Below are positions 8,198 through 18,200 of a stretch of DNA of 64,000 nucleotides, one piece after another. The notes under the pieces were generated by a model, which saw only the letters and a list, made by a program, of their open reading frames with translations, did not search any database and was not told the DNA's origin. The stretch comes from a virus (taxonomy: Duplodnaviria > Caudoviricetes). The stretch's first letter is position 1. The number at the start of each line of letters is the position of its first letter. The translations under genes and the position numbers were made by a program. The stretch is taken from the IMG/VR virus record IMGVR_UViG_3300046167_000801; one strand, 5' to 3'.

Positions 8198-8231
8198 AAG
8201 GGGGGGACAAAAAAGTCTCCCCTTTTTGTTT
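8198..8231 (+). terminator. Rho-independent terminator
   Basis: AAGGGGGGGAC-AAAAAA-GTCTCCCCTTT stem-loop (11 bp including two G-U) followed by TTTTTGTTT, directly after the redoxin stop. Confidence 0.8.
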
Positions 8232-8250
8232 CCAAGATCCATTTGTCAGG

Positions 8251-8258
8251 TATTTATA
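8251..8258 (+). promoter_or_regulatory. TATTTATA putative late element
   Basis: Between the terminator and the first structural gene (ATG 8276). Confidence 0.55.
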
Positions 8259-8275
8259 ATAAAGTAAACTTTTAG

Positions 8276-11200
8276 ATGGCATTACAACAAATATATTGGG
8301 AACAAATTGCGACCGAGGATATAACCTCAGGACAAACGGTAAATTTAGGTAACCCGACAGCGTCTTTGAAGAATGTTTATGCGGATAACTTCTTTATAAA
8401 CGGTACACAAAGTTTAAATGATTTAATTGGTGGAGGAATAACCGAAGGGATTGACCCTTTAAATCAATTTAGTGCTTCGGTTTTAACGTCTTTAGAATTT
8501 ACAGGTTCAAATATGACCGTTAAAGGTGATTTGAATGTCTTAGGAACATATACCTCTATTAAATCGGAAACGGTCACCTTAGATGATAATATCATTGAAT
8601 TAAATGGTACTGACAAGGCGTTTGGTGGTTTATTAATAAAAGACCCCACAAACCCTAATTTAGTTTCAGGATCATTGTTGTGGGATACAACAACTGATAG
8701 ATGGGTTGGAGGACCTTTAGGGTTAGAAGAAAATATAGTAATAGAGAGTGAATTAACAACTCTTTCATCTTCAATATCATCTTCTATAAACGAATTATCA
8801 CAATCAGTATCCTCATCATTTGATCAGGTTAATACGGATTTAACAGATTTATCGTCTTCAGTGTCGTCATCGATTAATGATTTATCACAATCAGTGTCGT
8901 CGTCGTTTGACCAAGTCAATACAGATTTAACAGATTTATCCTCATCATTATCATCATCAATAAATGAATTATCTTCATCTGTCGACTCTACGTTTACTCT
9001 ACATGACGGTAGGTTAGTTGACTTAGAGTTATTTAGTTCTTCATTAGATGCAACATTTGCAACGGACCAACAATTAACGGATTTATCACAATCAATCACC
9101 TCATCAATAGGTGATCTATCGTCTTCATTAGATGGTAGGGTTGTGAATTTGGAGGACTTTAGTTCTTCATTAGACGCCACATTCGCGACAGACCAACAAT
9201 TAACAGACTTATCGTCTTCATTATCAGGATCAATAAGTGAATTGTCCTCATCATTATCATCATCAATAAATGATTTATCACAGTCAGTATCCTCATCTTT
9301 TGATCAGGTTAATAATGACCTAACTGATTTATCATCGTCATTATCATCTTCGATAAACGAATTATCACAATCGGTTGATTCCACATTCACATTACATGAT
9401 GGTAGGTTAGTCGAATTAGAAACGACAGGGTCTGATCATGAAACAAGGATTGATGGTTTAGAATTATTTAGTACTTCTTTAGATAACACTTATGCGACAG
9501 ACCAAGAATTAGAAGACATTTCCGCATCTTTAAGTGATGCTATTGGTAATGCACAAACAGATATCGAAGCAAGTAATATATTCCAACAAACAGGTTCATA
9601 TTATGGTACATCTGAAAATTTACAAATATCGGGTAGTGGTTTAGATTCACCCGATGGTTCTATAACAGGAAAATATGGTGTAATTGTGTCAAAATCATTA
9701 CATGCAGAAAATATTAACGTGGGTCAACCCACTTCAAATGATTGGGGGACCATGAATGGTTCATATTTTAATAATTTTAATGAAAACACAGACGTTTCGG
9801 AGATTATTAGGTTTATGGCGGGGTTATTATCCTCTTCAGCACCTGATGCCTCTCCAAACACCAAATATTATAACGGATATACTAAAAACACATTTAATAC
9901 ATCAACAGATTCGGGTATTGGTGGATATCTTCCTTCAGGAACAACAAATACAACACTAATTGACCTTATTGATAGTGGATTTGCTAGTATTGGTGGAACA
10001 ATCTTAGGGTCATTCGGTACTTTTTATACAAATAGTAATTATAGACACTCATTTACAAGTAGATACGGTGGTTCAACAACTGTTAGATCATCAAATGATG
10101 GTAATTTATTTGGTTTAGGTAGATTAAGTAGCGGAACACCCACAACGTTTAAAGTTTCAGGATCTTTTACGTTTAAAAAATTCGACCATAACAGAGTTTT
10201 ATTGGAAGAATCAAGTTCTAATCATTTAATAATACAATCTGGTGCGGGAACAACTAATGGAGTTACTCTTGGTAAGATTGAATCGGCAAATCCTGAATTA
10301 ATTCCCGCAGGGTATCAAGACGGTAAATATAGTGGAGTCTTTAGTCCAACAATTTTAAATGCTGGTAATACTATAGACGATATTGGGTATTACCATATAT
10401 CAAGTTCGATATCTATAGCAAGTGGGTCAAGTGATTTTACCACACCAATAGAGAGTAATACTGAGATACTATATGGACCAATGCCGACAATTGAAAGTGG
10501 TATAGGGTCAACTAATTTAGGTGTTTCGGCAAATATTGATTCTATGGAACAATTAACCGCAACATCAAGATCTTTAAGTGGGGCACCATACTTACAAACG
10601 GCAACGTTTAACGCGAGTGGGTCCATTGGGGGTACATTTAATAAGTTGTACCAAAACGGTACACACGGTTCAATGTCAGGTAATAGTGGTCAAAGAACTG
10701 CAAGTGTCTCTAACGGTAGAATATCAACAAGTAATGTGTTTTATGATGAAACATTTACAGATTTAAGGTCGAGTGGTACAATTCCACACATTAATGATAA
10801 AATAAAACTTAATTCAGGTTTGAGTTGGAGTGCGGGTAATTCGTATGGTACCTCAGCTAACCAGTCGGTTTCAATAAGTGGAGCCGGATTCGGTGGAAGT
10901 AGGTCTGATTCTGAAAGTAGGTCCGTACACATAGCGGGAACGTTTGGACAACCGGCATCAAGTGGTAGTTTACATTATTATGGTAGATCACAAACATACG
11001 ATGGTTCATCTAACACTTCTGAAAATTTTACGGGTGAGGGTAGAAGATTAGAACTGAATGATAATTTACTTTCATTTGGTGGAACTTCTTGGGATAACAC
11101 CTATAATGAATATGGTATTTTGGGTCCTAAAGATTTACAAGTAAGACCTAACCGTTTAGTTAAACCAGGTGGTAACAATGGATATTGGTTAACTAACCCA

Positions 11201-11635
11201 AGTAATAGTAGTGATTATAAGTATTATGTTAGAAAATTTTCCACATCAGGAACAAAAACAAGTATGAGTATTAATGTAGGTGGAACGTCTTTAGTTTCAT
11301 GGGACTCAACAAATAATAACTCAGCATCTGTGGTAATACTATTTGAATCTTCTACAACTAATGTTTATGCAAACGCAAGATTTTATGACCCAACTAAAAC
11401 ATTAGAAAATTTTGTTGGATCAATAAGTTCTAACACAGATGGTACTAACCCATTTGGTTTAGATATAGATTTGTACGGTAATACAGGTGGATCGGGTTCA
11501 GGGGGTTCATATTCTTTACCTATGAGAAATTCAGACGGTATGTTCCTGAATTCAACCTATAATGAAATTATGGTATTGGTTAGATACAAAGGGGACCCAA
11601 CACCCATAACAAGTTTAAGTGTAAGTTTTAGTTAA
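8276..11635 (+). CDS. Virion structural protein, fibre/baseplate-like, with Ser-rich coiled coil (1119 aa)
   Basis: DDNIIELNG...SGSLLWD module shared with four other structural genes; long Ser-rich repeat; Gly/Ser/Thr/Asn-rich beta-type C-terminal half. Confidence 0.7.
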   Translation: MALQQIYWEQIATEDITSGQTVNLGNPTASLKNVYADNFFINGTQSLNDLIGGGITEGIDPLNQFSASVLTSLEFTGSNMTVKGDLNVLGTYTSIKSETVTLDDNIIELNGTDKAFGGLLIKDPTNPNLVSGSLLWDTTTDRWVGGPLGLEENIVIESELTTLSSSISSSINELSQSVSSSFDQVNTDLTDLSSSVSSSINDLSQSVSSSFDQVNTDLTDLSSSLSSSINELSSSVDSTFTLHDGRLVDLELFSSSLDATFATDQQLTDLSQSITSSIGDLSSSLDGRVVNLEDFSSSLDATFATDQQLTDLSSSLSGSISELSSSLSSSINDLSQSVSSSFDQVNNDLTDLSSSLSSSINELSQSVDSTFTLHDGRLVELETTGSDHETRIDGLELFSTSLDNTYATDQELEDISASLSDAIGNAQTDIEASNIFQQTGSYYGTSENLQISGSGLDSPDGSITGKYGVIVSKSLHAENINVGQPTSNDWGTMNGSYFNNFNENTDVSEIIRFMAGLLSSSAPDASPNTKYYNGYTKNTFNTSTDSGIGGYLPSGTTNTTLIDLIDSGFASIGGTILGSFGTFYTNSNYRHSFTSRYGGSTTVRSSNDGNLFGLGRLSSGTPTTFKVSGSFTFKKFDHNRVLLEESSSNHLIIQSGAGTTNGVTLGKIESANPELIPAGYQDGKYSGVFSPTILNAGNTIDDIGYYHISSSISIASGSSDFTTPIESNTEILYGPMPTIESGIGSTNLGVSANIDSMEQLTATSRSLSGAPYLQTATFNASGSIGGTFNKLYQNGTHGSMSGNSGQRTASVSNGRISTSNVFYDETFTDLRSSGTIPHINDKIKLNSGLSWSAGNSYGTSANQSVSISGAGFGGSRSDSESRSVHIAGTFGQPASSGSLHYYGRSQTYDGSSNTSENFTGEGRRLELNDNLLSFGGTSWDNTYNEYGILGPKDLQVRPNRLVKPGGNNGYWLTNPSNSSDYKYYVRKFSTSGTKTSMSINVGGTSLVSWDSTNNNSASVVILFESSTTNVYANARFYDPTKTLENFVGSISSNTDGTNPFGLDIDLYGNTGGSGSGGSYSLPMRNSDGMFLNSTYNEIMVLVRYKGDPTPITSLSVSFS
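8762..9420 (+). repeat. Coding repeat: 29-aa unit (11+11+7) LSSSxSSSINE-LSQSVSSSFDQ-VNTDLTD plus FSSSLDATFATDQQLTD variants
   Basis: Read directly from the translation; at least three full and several partial units. Confidence 0.85.
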
Positions 11636-11640
11636 GAGAC

Positions 11641-12849
11641 ATGGCATACGATAAGAATATAAAATCATCAAGGTTCCTCCAAAGTAAGAGGTATACACAC
11701 AACAACCTACTAGATTCACAAGAATCATTCACTTCTGTATTGGATTTAAATAGTAGTGAAATTTATGTTGACCAAAGTCTCATACCTTCTTCAAACTTAC
11801 CATTTAATGGTAGTTCAGATCACTTATCTGTCTATACCGATAGTGATACAAGTTTAGATGTATTAAAATATTGGTACAGACATAAATTAACTAAATCTGA
11901 TTTAAATAGGGAGGTTTGGTTTTTCTTAGATCCCGTCGGTTCAAATGACGGTATAGGGGCACAGTTGATTAGTAATGATCAAGAAGTAAATTTCATTTCA
12001 CCAAAATATGCCATATCAGGTTTGGCAAACTCAACAGTTGAGGATTCCACACCAGGTTATTTAATTAAACTTTTTGTTTCAACTAATTCTTCCTCCCCAT
12101 CAAATAGTGATTTAAGACAACCATCTACCTATTCTTTTGATTACAAAACAGGTGTAGTACAATTTATAAGTGGTACCCCTTCAAGTAATCAATATGTATA
12201 CATGAGTGTTTACCAATATGTTGGTAGAACATTAAGTGACCAATTAGGTGGAGGTGGTGCTAGTGCTATACAAGATATATTTAAACCTACAGGTTCATTT
12301 TATGCCACTACGAATGACATACAGATAAGTGGATCTTTAGATTTAACAGGAGACTTTACTGTACATGGAACTGTAACCTCATCATTATCTGAGACGGTTA
12401 TCGTTAATGATAATATTATAGAGTTAAACGGTAACGAATCTAATTTTGGTGGATTAAGTATTAAAGACACAGTAAATCCTAATACCGTATCAGGTTCTTT
12501 ATTATGGGATGCTACGAATGATCAGTGGATTGCGGGTCAAGAGGGAAGTGAATTACCAATTGCAAGACAAGACGATTTAGTATGGGGTAATTCAGGTTCA
12601 TATTGGTCATCAACAAGTGATCTACAAGTAACTGGCTCGGTCATAATAAAAGGAGACTTAAAGGTTGAAGGACAAACAACATTACAATCGCAAGACATAA
12701 CTCAAGATTCATTAATTGTGTCGGGTGCGATGAGTATATTAAAAAATCAAATAGAGAATCAAATAAGGTCCGCATCACTAAACATTGAAAACTTAGGATC
12801 GATAGGAGATATTAATAATAATTCTGTCATGGACCTTGGTGGTTTCTAA
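11641..12849 (+). CDS. Virion structural protein (402 aa)
   Basis: YSFDYKTGVVQF segment; VNDNIIELNG...SGSLLWD module; TGS(F/Y)Y..T..LQ(I/V)SGS motifs shared with the preceding gene. Confidence 0.65.
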   Translation: MAYDKNIKSSRFLQSKRYTHNNLLDSQESFTSVLDLNSSEIYVDQSLIPSSNLPFNGSSDHLSVYTDSDTSLDVLKYWYRHKLTKSDLNREVWFFLDPVGSNDGIGAQLISNDQEVNFISPKYAISGLANSTVEDSTPGYLIKLFVSTNSSSPSNSDLRQPSTYSFDYKTGVVQFISGTPSSNQYVYMSVYQYVGRTLSDQLGGGGASAIQDIFKPTGSFYATTNDIQISGSLDLTGDFTVHGTVTSSLSETVIVNDNIIELNGNESNFGGLSIKDTVNPNTVSGSLLWDATNDQWIAGQEGSELPIARQDDLVWGNSGSYWSSTSDLQVTGSVIIKGDLKVEGQTTLQSQDITQDSLIVSGAMSILKNQIENQIRSASLNIENLGSIGDINNNSVMDLGGF

Positions 12850-12858
12850 TATTCAAGA

Positions 12859-12866
12859 TATTTATA
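12859..12866 (+). promoter_or_regulatory. TATTTATA putative late element
   Basis: Intergenic, 37 nt before ATG 12904, followed by an A-rich leader with no Shine-Dalgarno sequence. Confidence 0.55.
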
Positions 12867-12903
12867 ATAATAAATCAAATAAAGACAAAATTTAAAAAAG
12901 AAG

Positions 12904-15045
12904 ATGGCTCAAATTATTAAACACAGAAGAGGTTCGATAGACAGTGTAAAGGCAACAACCACAAGAAATGGTGAAGTCTTGATAGCGTCAGGATCGATCT
13001 CAGATTTAGCTGGACCTTTCGTATTTGTTGGGTCACCCGTTTCTAGTGACGAAGGAGTCGCCGGAGCGTTCAAACCAACATCAAAAATATATTCAGGAAC
13101 CAATGCACCCACAATAGGTGTTGGTACTTACGGATCAATTTTAGACGGAACTCCATTTTACGCGTCAGGAGACGAATCATTATACATATTAAATAATGAT
13201 GGAGTTGGTAATGACAGGGTAGATTTAACAGGTAACATAGAGGGTAATTTAATTTCTAATGTAACAATAACATCACTTACAGGTTCTAACGCTAACCTAA
13301 CAAATGTAACTGGTGGTACGGTAACCGTAACAGGAAATCAAACTATCGGTGGAACTTTAGGAGTTACGGGAGCAACAAACCTAGGAGATAGTTTAGGGGT
13401 TGCTTTAACTGCGACTGTAGGAAAATTAGTTTCGGAAGGAGAAATTACGGGTTCAAATCTTAGACTTACGGGAGATGCGGACATTGCAGGAAATATAAAC
13501 TTAGGTGGAAATATTAGTGTTGGTGATGCATCAACAGACTTTGTTTCATTTGGTGCGGATATATCATCTTCATTCATACCAGATGTAAATGACGCATTTG
13601 ATTTAGGTTCTACAACTAAGGCATGGAGAGAATTATACGTAAGTGGAACGGCACACATTCAAGACTTAAACCTTGAAGGTGGATTATCTGTAAATAGTTT
13701 GGCTCTACCAGGTGACTTAACGGTATCGGGAACTACAGACTTAAAAGGTAACGTTACTTTAGGTGATGCAAGTTCGGACACAATTACTGTAAATTCGGGA
13801 GACATTGAATTATCAAATATTCCTGACGGAGATACAGCAATCTTTATTGGTTTAGACGGAAATAACAAATTAGTACAAGACACATTAGACTCAAGGGTAC
13901 AAGGAGAGACATTACTTGATAATAATGGTACACCATTAACTGCTAACAGAATACCTTTCGCAGTTGACGGAGACTCATTACAGGATGACGCTGATTTAAC
14001 ATACAACTCAACAACTAATGTTATTAGTGTGGGTAGTTCAACAATTGGTAACGATATATCTGCGGCAAGTTCATTAACTTCGGTAGGTACTACGGAACTA
14101 AAAGGTGCGGTCGGAATTAATTCAACACTAAACGTTACAGGTTCTGCACAATTAAAATCTAGTTTAGATGTTGATGGTGAATCTACATTAGCAAGTGCAA
14201 TCGTAGAAGATTTAACATCAGGTAGAGTAGTATTAGCAGGTACGGGAGGAGCAATTGAAGATAGTTCAAAGTTAACATTTGACGGATCAACATTAGACGT
14301 AACTGGTGATGTTGAAGCATCAGGTGATTTAGGTGGTGCCACGGCAACCATCACAGGTAATTCTACTATAGGTGGAACACTTGGTGTAACAGGTAATACT
14401 GAAATTGATGGAACATTAACAGTTAATGATAATGTAACAATATCAGGTAACTTAGAAATATTAGGTACGGCTACCGAAGTGAATATACAATCACAAACAG
14501 TCGAAATCGATGACAATATTATTAAATTAAACGCATATTCACCATTTGAAAGATACGCAGGTTTTGAGGTTATGGATTCAGGATCTTCAGGTGTATCTGC
14601 ATCTTTAGTATGGGATTCACAAGATGACCATTGGATGTTTGTTTCTTCATCAGGAAAATCAAGTAAATTACTTGGGACAACTGCGGGAGCTTACGGTTCG
14701 GAAAGTAGTTTAGGAATTGGTTCAATACCTGTAGCAACAGGTAAGAACACTATGGGTGATTCTTTACTTACTGATGATGGTAGTGTATTGGCATATAACA
14801 CAAACAAATTTACAGTTGATAAAGACACTGGTTCTACTTTAATTGCGGGTAACGTAACACTTAGTGGTGGTGGTGGACTTGATTCGGGAAATACTACTTC
14901 AAAAATTGTATTTAGAAATTCAAGTAGTGAAATAGGTTATATAACGAGTACAGGAACAACTGATGTTTTAGACGGTATCTTAGGTTACAAATCAAGTGAT
15001 GGATCTTTAGTATTTTCTACCGTTATTGATGGAGGAACTTACTAA
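12904..15045 (+). CDS. Tail fibre-like structural protein (713 aa)
   Basis: Mtd_N-like N-terminus (QIIKHRRG...GE); Gly/Thr/Val-rich triple-beta-like repeats (TIGGTLGVTG); VEIDDNIIKLN module; ends IDGGTY. Confidence 0.7.
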   Translation: MAQIIKHRRGSIDSVKATTTRNGEVLIASGSISDLAGPFVFVGSPVSSDEGVAGAFKPTSKIYSGTNAPTIGVGTYGSILDGTPFYASGDESLYILNNDGVGNDRVDLTGNIEGNLISNVTITSLTGSNANLTNVTGGTVTVTGNQTIGGTLGVTGATNLGDSLGVALTATVGKLVSEGEITGSNLRLTGDADIAGNINLGGNISVGDASTDFVSFGADISSSFIPDVNDAFDLGSTTKAWRELYVSGTAHIQDLNLEGGLSVNSLALPGDLTVSGTTDLKGNVTLGDASSDTITVNSGDIELSNIPDGDTAIFIGLDGNNKLVQDTLDSRVQGETLLDNNGTPLTANRIPFAVDGDSLQDDADLTYNSTTNVISVGSSTIGNDISAASSLTSVGTTELKGAVGINSTLNVTGSAQLKSSLDVDGESTLASAIVEDLTSGRVVLAGTGGAIEDSSKLTFDGSTLDVTGDVEASGDLGGATATITGNSTIGGTLGVTGNTEIDGTLTVNDNVTISGNLEILGTATEVNIQSQTVEIDDNIIKLNAYSPFERYAGFEVMDSGSSGVSASLVWDSQDDHWMFVSSSGKSSKLLGTTAGAYGSESSLGIGSIPVATGKNTMGDSLLTDDGSVLAYNTNKFTVDKDTGSTLIAGNVTLSGGGGLDSGNTTSKIVFRNSSSEIGYITSTGTTDVLDGILGYKSSDGSLVFSTVIDGGTY

Positions 15046-15071
15046 AAACTAAATTAAATATTTATTACACA

Positions 15072-15103
15072 AAAATCCCTTGAGAAATCAGGGGATTTTC
15101 TTT
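15072..15103 (+). terminator. Rho-independent terminator, possibly bidirectional
   Basis: AAAATCCCTTGA-GAAA-TCAGGGGATTTT 12-bp stem with GNRA loop; T-tract downstream and A-tract upstream. Confidence 0.85.
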
Positions 15104-15121
15104 ATATATTGATATTAAGTA

Positions 15122-15205
15122 GTATTTATAATAAAGATCTATATAGATCATAATAAAAGTGATAGATATCACTATAAATACATTTAGAGAGATCCATATA
15201 TATGG
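15122..15205 (+). promoter_or_regulatory. Palindrome-rich leader of fibre 1 containing TATTTATA
   Basis: TATTTATA 15123-15130; GATCTATATAGATC 15136-15149; AGTGATA-GA-TATCACT 15158-15173; TATAAATA 15173-15180; CCATATATATGG 15194-15205 spans the ATG. Confidence 0.55.
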
Positions 15206-18200
15206 GACAGACAGTTAAACTGCGTAGAAGCGCTATATCCGGTAAGATTCCGATTAATTCACAACTACTACTTGGTGAATTATCCATGAATACAACCGAC
15301 GGTAAGATTTTCTTATCAAAATCAGGTTCAAACGGACCTTCCGTCGAAGAAGTAATAATCACAAACACACAAAATTTTGGTAATATTGACTTAGTTGGCG
15401 ATTTAACGGCAACTAATATCAGTTCATCCTTTATTGGTGATGGTGGTGGACTTTATAATATTCCTGCATCAGGAGTTACGGGTCTTAGTTTAGATCGAAT
15501 AGCGAGTTCAACCTCCACAGCATCTATTGATGCGGATGGTTTACATATTAATACGGATACTACAGTAACAGGGTCTCTCACAGCAACAGAATTTACAGGT
15601 AGTGGTTTAGGTTTAACAGATGTGCCAATTAAAATCTCAGGATCAGACGCGGGATCGACTTCTATCGATTCTACGTTCACAAGAATTAAATTCGATGATT
15701 CAACAGGTATAAAAATAAGTGGTACCACAGGTGGTGATGCGGTTGTATTCCTTTCAGGGGTTGCCTCGGAATCGGACGGTGGAGAAGGTAAAACTGCAAA
15801 GTTAGAAGTTACAAGTGCAACAAGTACATGGACATTAAATCACAATTTAAACGAAAAACACCCCTCTATTGAGGTTTTTGACAGTAATGATGAGGTTATT
15901 ATCCCACAGAAAATAGAGGCAACAAGTGTTAATCAAGTGGTTGTTAGTTTTGCATCACCTCAAACAGGTACTGTAACGGCAACTGTCGGTGGTGGATTAC
16001 CATCAATTGACTCAGGATATGAGAATAGAGTTTTATCGGTAGATAATAATGGTATTGCAACTTGGAAAACAGGAATACTTAGTGGATCTATTGATTTTTC
16101 CACTTTAGTTGATACTGGTTCCTTTAACACATACACATCATCAAATGATAACACAAATAGTAATCAAAATGGTAGATTAGATAGTCTTGAGGAATTCACT
16201 TCAAGTATTGACGATACTTATGCTACGGATAATGATGTTACAACACTCAGAACCGATTTAAATACATACACATCATCAACCGATGGTAGATTAGATTCTT
16301 TAGAGACAACAAGTGGATCAAGTAATCTAAGGTTAGATTATATAGAGTCCGTCACTTCTTCACATCACGGCAGATTAAACAGTTTAGAGACAATAAGTGG
16401 GTCCCATGACGGTAGGTTAGATAGTATTGAATCTAAAACGGGGAGTTTCCTTGTTTCTAACGACCTTTCAACAATAGAAGGGAAGATTGGGTCTTTAGAA
16501 ACAACTTCAGGTTCTCATGAGGGAAAACTAAGTAGTTTAGAAACAACAAGTGGTTCACATGATGGAAGATTAGATTCTTTAGAAACAACTTCAGGGTCCC
16601 ACGATGGAAGATTAACCGATCTTGAAACTTTTGAGACTAAAGTTGATACAGGGTTGGAGTTTACAGGTTCAAACGTAACAATAAAGGGTAATTTATTAGT
16701 TAAAGGGACAGAAACAAGGGTAGATTCAACCACAGTAGACATTGACGATAACATTTTATCACTTAATGGTAGTGGTGCGGCAAATGCGGGTATAGAAGTA
16801 AGAGATACGGAGTCCCCAGGTGTTTTATCGGGTTCTTTAATATACGATACGGGTGAAAATACTTGGAAAGCGGGTACTAAAGGAAGTGAAGAAAGATTAC
16901 TAATTAATAGTGATCTTACAACATTAGATGGTAGGTTAGATAGTTTAGAATCTACTAGTGGTTCCCACGAAGATAGAATTGATAGAATTGAAATATCAAC
17001 GTCCTCACTAAATTCATTTACGAGTAGTATTAATACCACAATTAAGGGTAAATTAAATAACGATGGTGTAATAAGTGGTTCTATACAGATAGATCATGAT
17101 GCGACCACAAATTACGTAGGTAATGAACACATTGACCACTCATCCATAACAATTGGTAGTGGTAAGGGTCTAACTGGTGGAGGTACTATCGATACAAATA
17201 GGAGTTTAACTCTCGATACTGGATCGGTACACTTCTTAAGTGGTGTAAAATCTAAATTAAATACTGAAACAGTTGTAAGTGGTTCCGCACAAATAGATAT
17301 AACAGGAACTACAAATTATAATTTAGTTGATGGTAGATTAGATAGTATTGAATCTTTTACAAGTAGTATTGATTTAACATATGCCACGGATGATGATGTA
17401 ACAGACTTAAGAAATGATTTAAATACATACACATCATCTAACGACGACACAAACAGTACACAGAATGGTAGATTAGATAGTATTGAATCGAGTACGGGTA
17501 GTTATCTAACATCATATAATGACGAATACACTACAGGGGCGACTTTTAGTACTTCAAATGGTGTTGTAACATTTACAAGAAATGATGGTGATCAATACAC
17601 GGTCGATCTTGATGGTAGGTATTTAACTTCATTTACAGAAACAGACCCAATATTTACTGCACACGCAGTTTATGACATTACATCAACTCAAATAGGTAAT
17701 TGGGACACCGCATATGGATGGGGTGATCATTCACAAGAAGGATATCTTACAACATACAATAATGAGTATACAACGGGGGCCACATTTAATGGATCCAACG
17801 GTATTATTACTTTCACAAGAAATGATGGAGATACTTACACCCTTAATATTAGTAGTACTTTAACTGACATAAATGTTACTGGTGGTACATATAATGACTC
17901 AACCCAAACACTAAGACTTAATAAATCAAATGGTACTTCTATTGATGTAACTGGATTTGCGGTGGACACCGTACTTCACACAACAGGAGCAACATTTAAT
18001 TCAAGTAATGGTGTGGTTACCTTTACTAAGAATGGTGGGGATACGTACACCGTTGATCTTGATGGAAGATACTTAACCTCATTCACAGAAACGGATCCAA
18101 TATTTACGGCACATGCGGTTTATGACATTACTTCTACCCAAATATCAAATTGGGATACCGCATACGGATGGGGTAACCATGCTAGTGCTGGTTATCTAAC

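Noticed and set aside
13338-14516. Long minus-strand ORFs opposite structural genes (for example 13659-14516, 16515-17039, 50218-50925)
   Set aside because: Shadow ORFs from the biased codon pattern of Gly/Thr/Ser-rich genes; they lie wholly antisense to well-supported CDSs and show no motifs.
15080-15108. TTGAGA-N17-TATATA promoter overlapping the terminator hairpin
   Set aside because: Its -10 differs from the TATATT class and the -35 is explained by the stem-loop sequence; too weak to call.
15126-15368. 80-aa minus-strand ORF across the palindromic leader
   Set aside because: Mostly antisense to the fibre start, with no motif; the palindromes explain the openness. An antisense RNA cannot be excluded without data.
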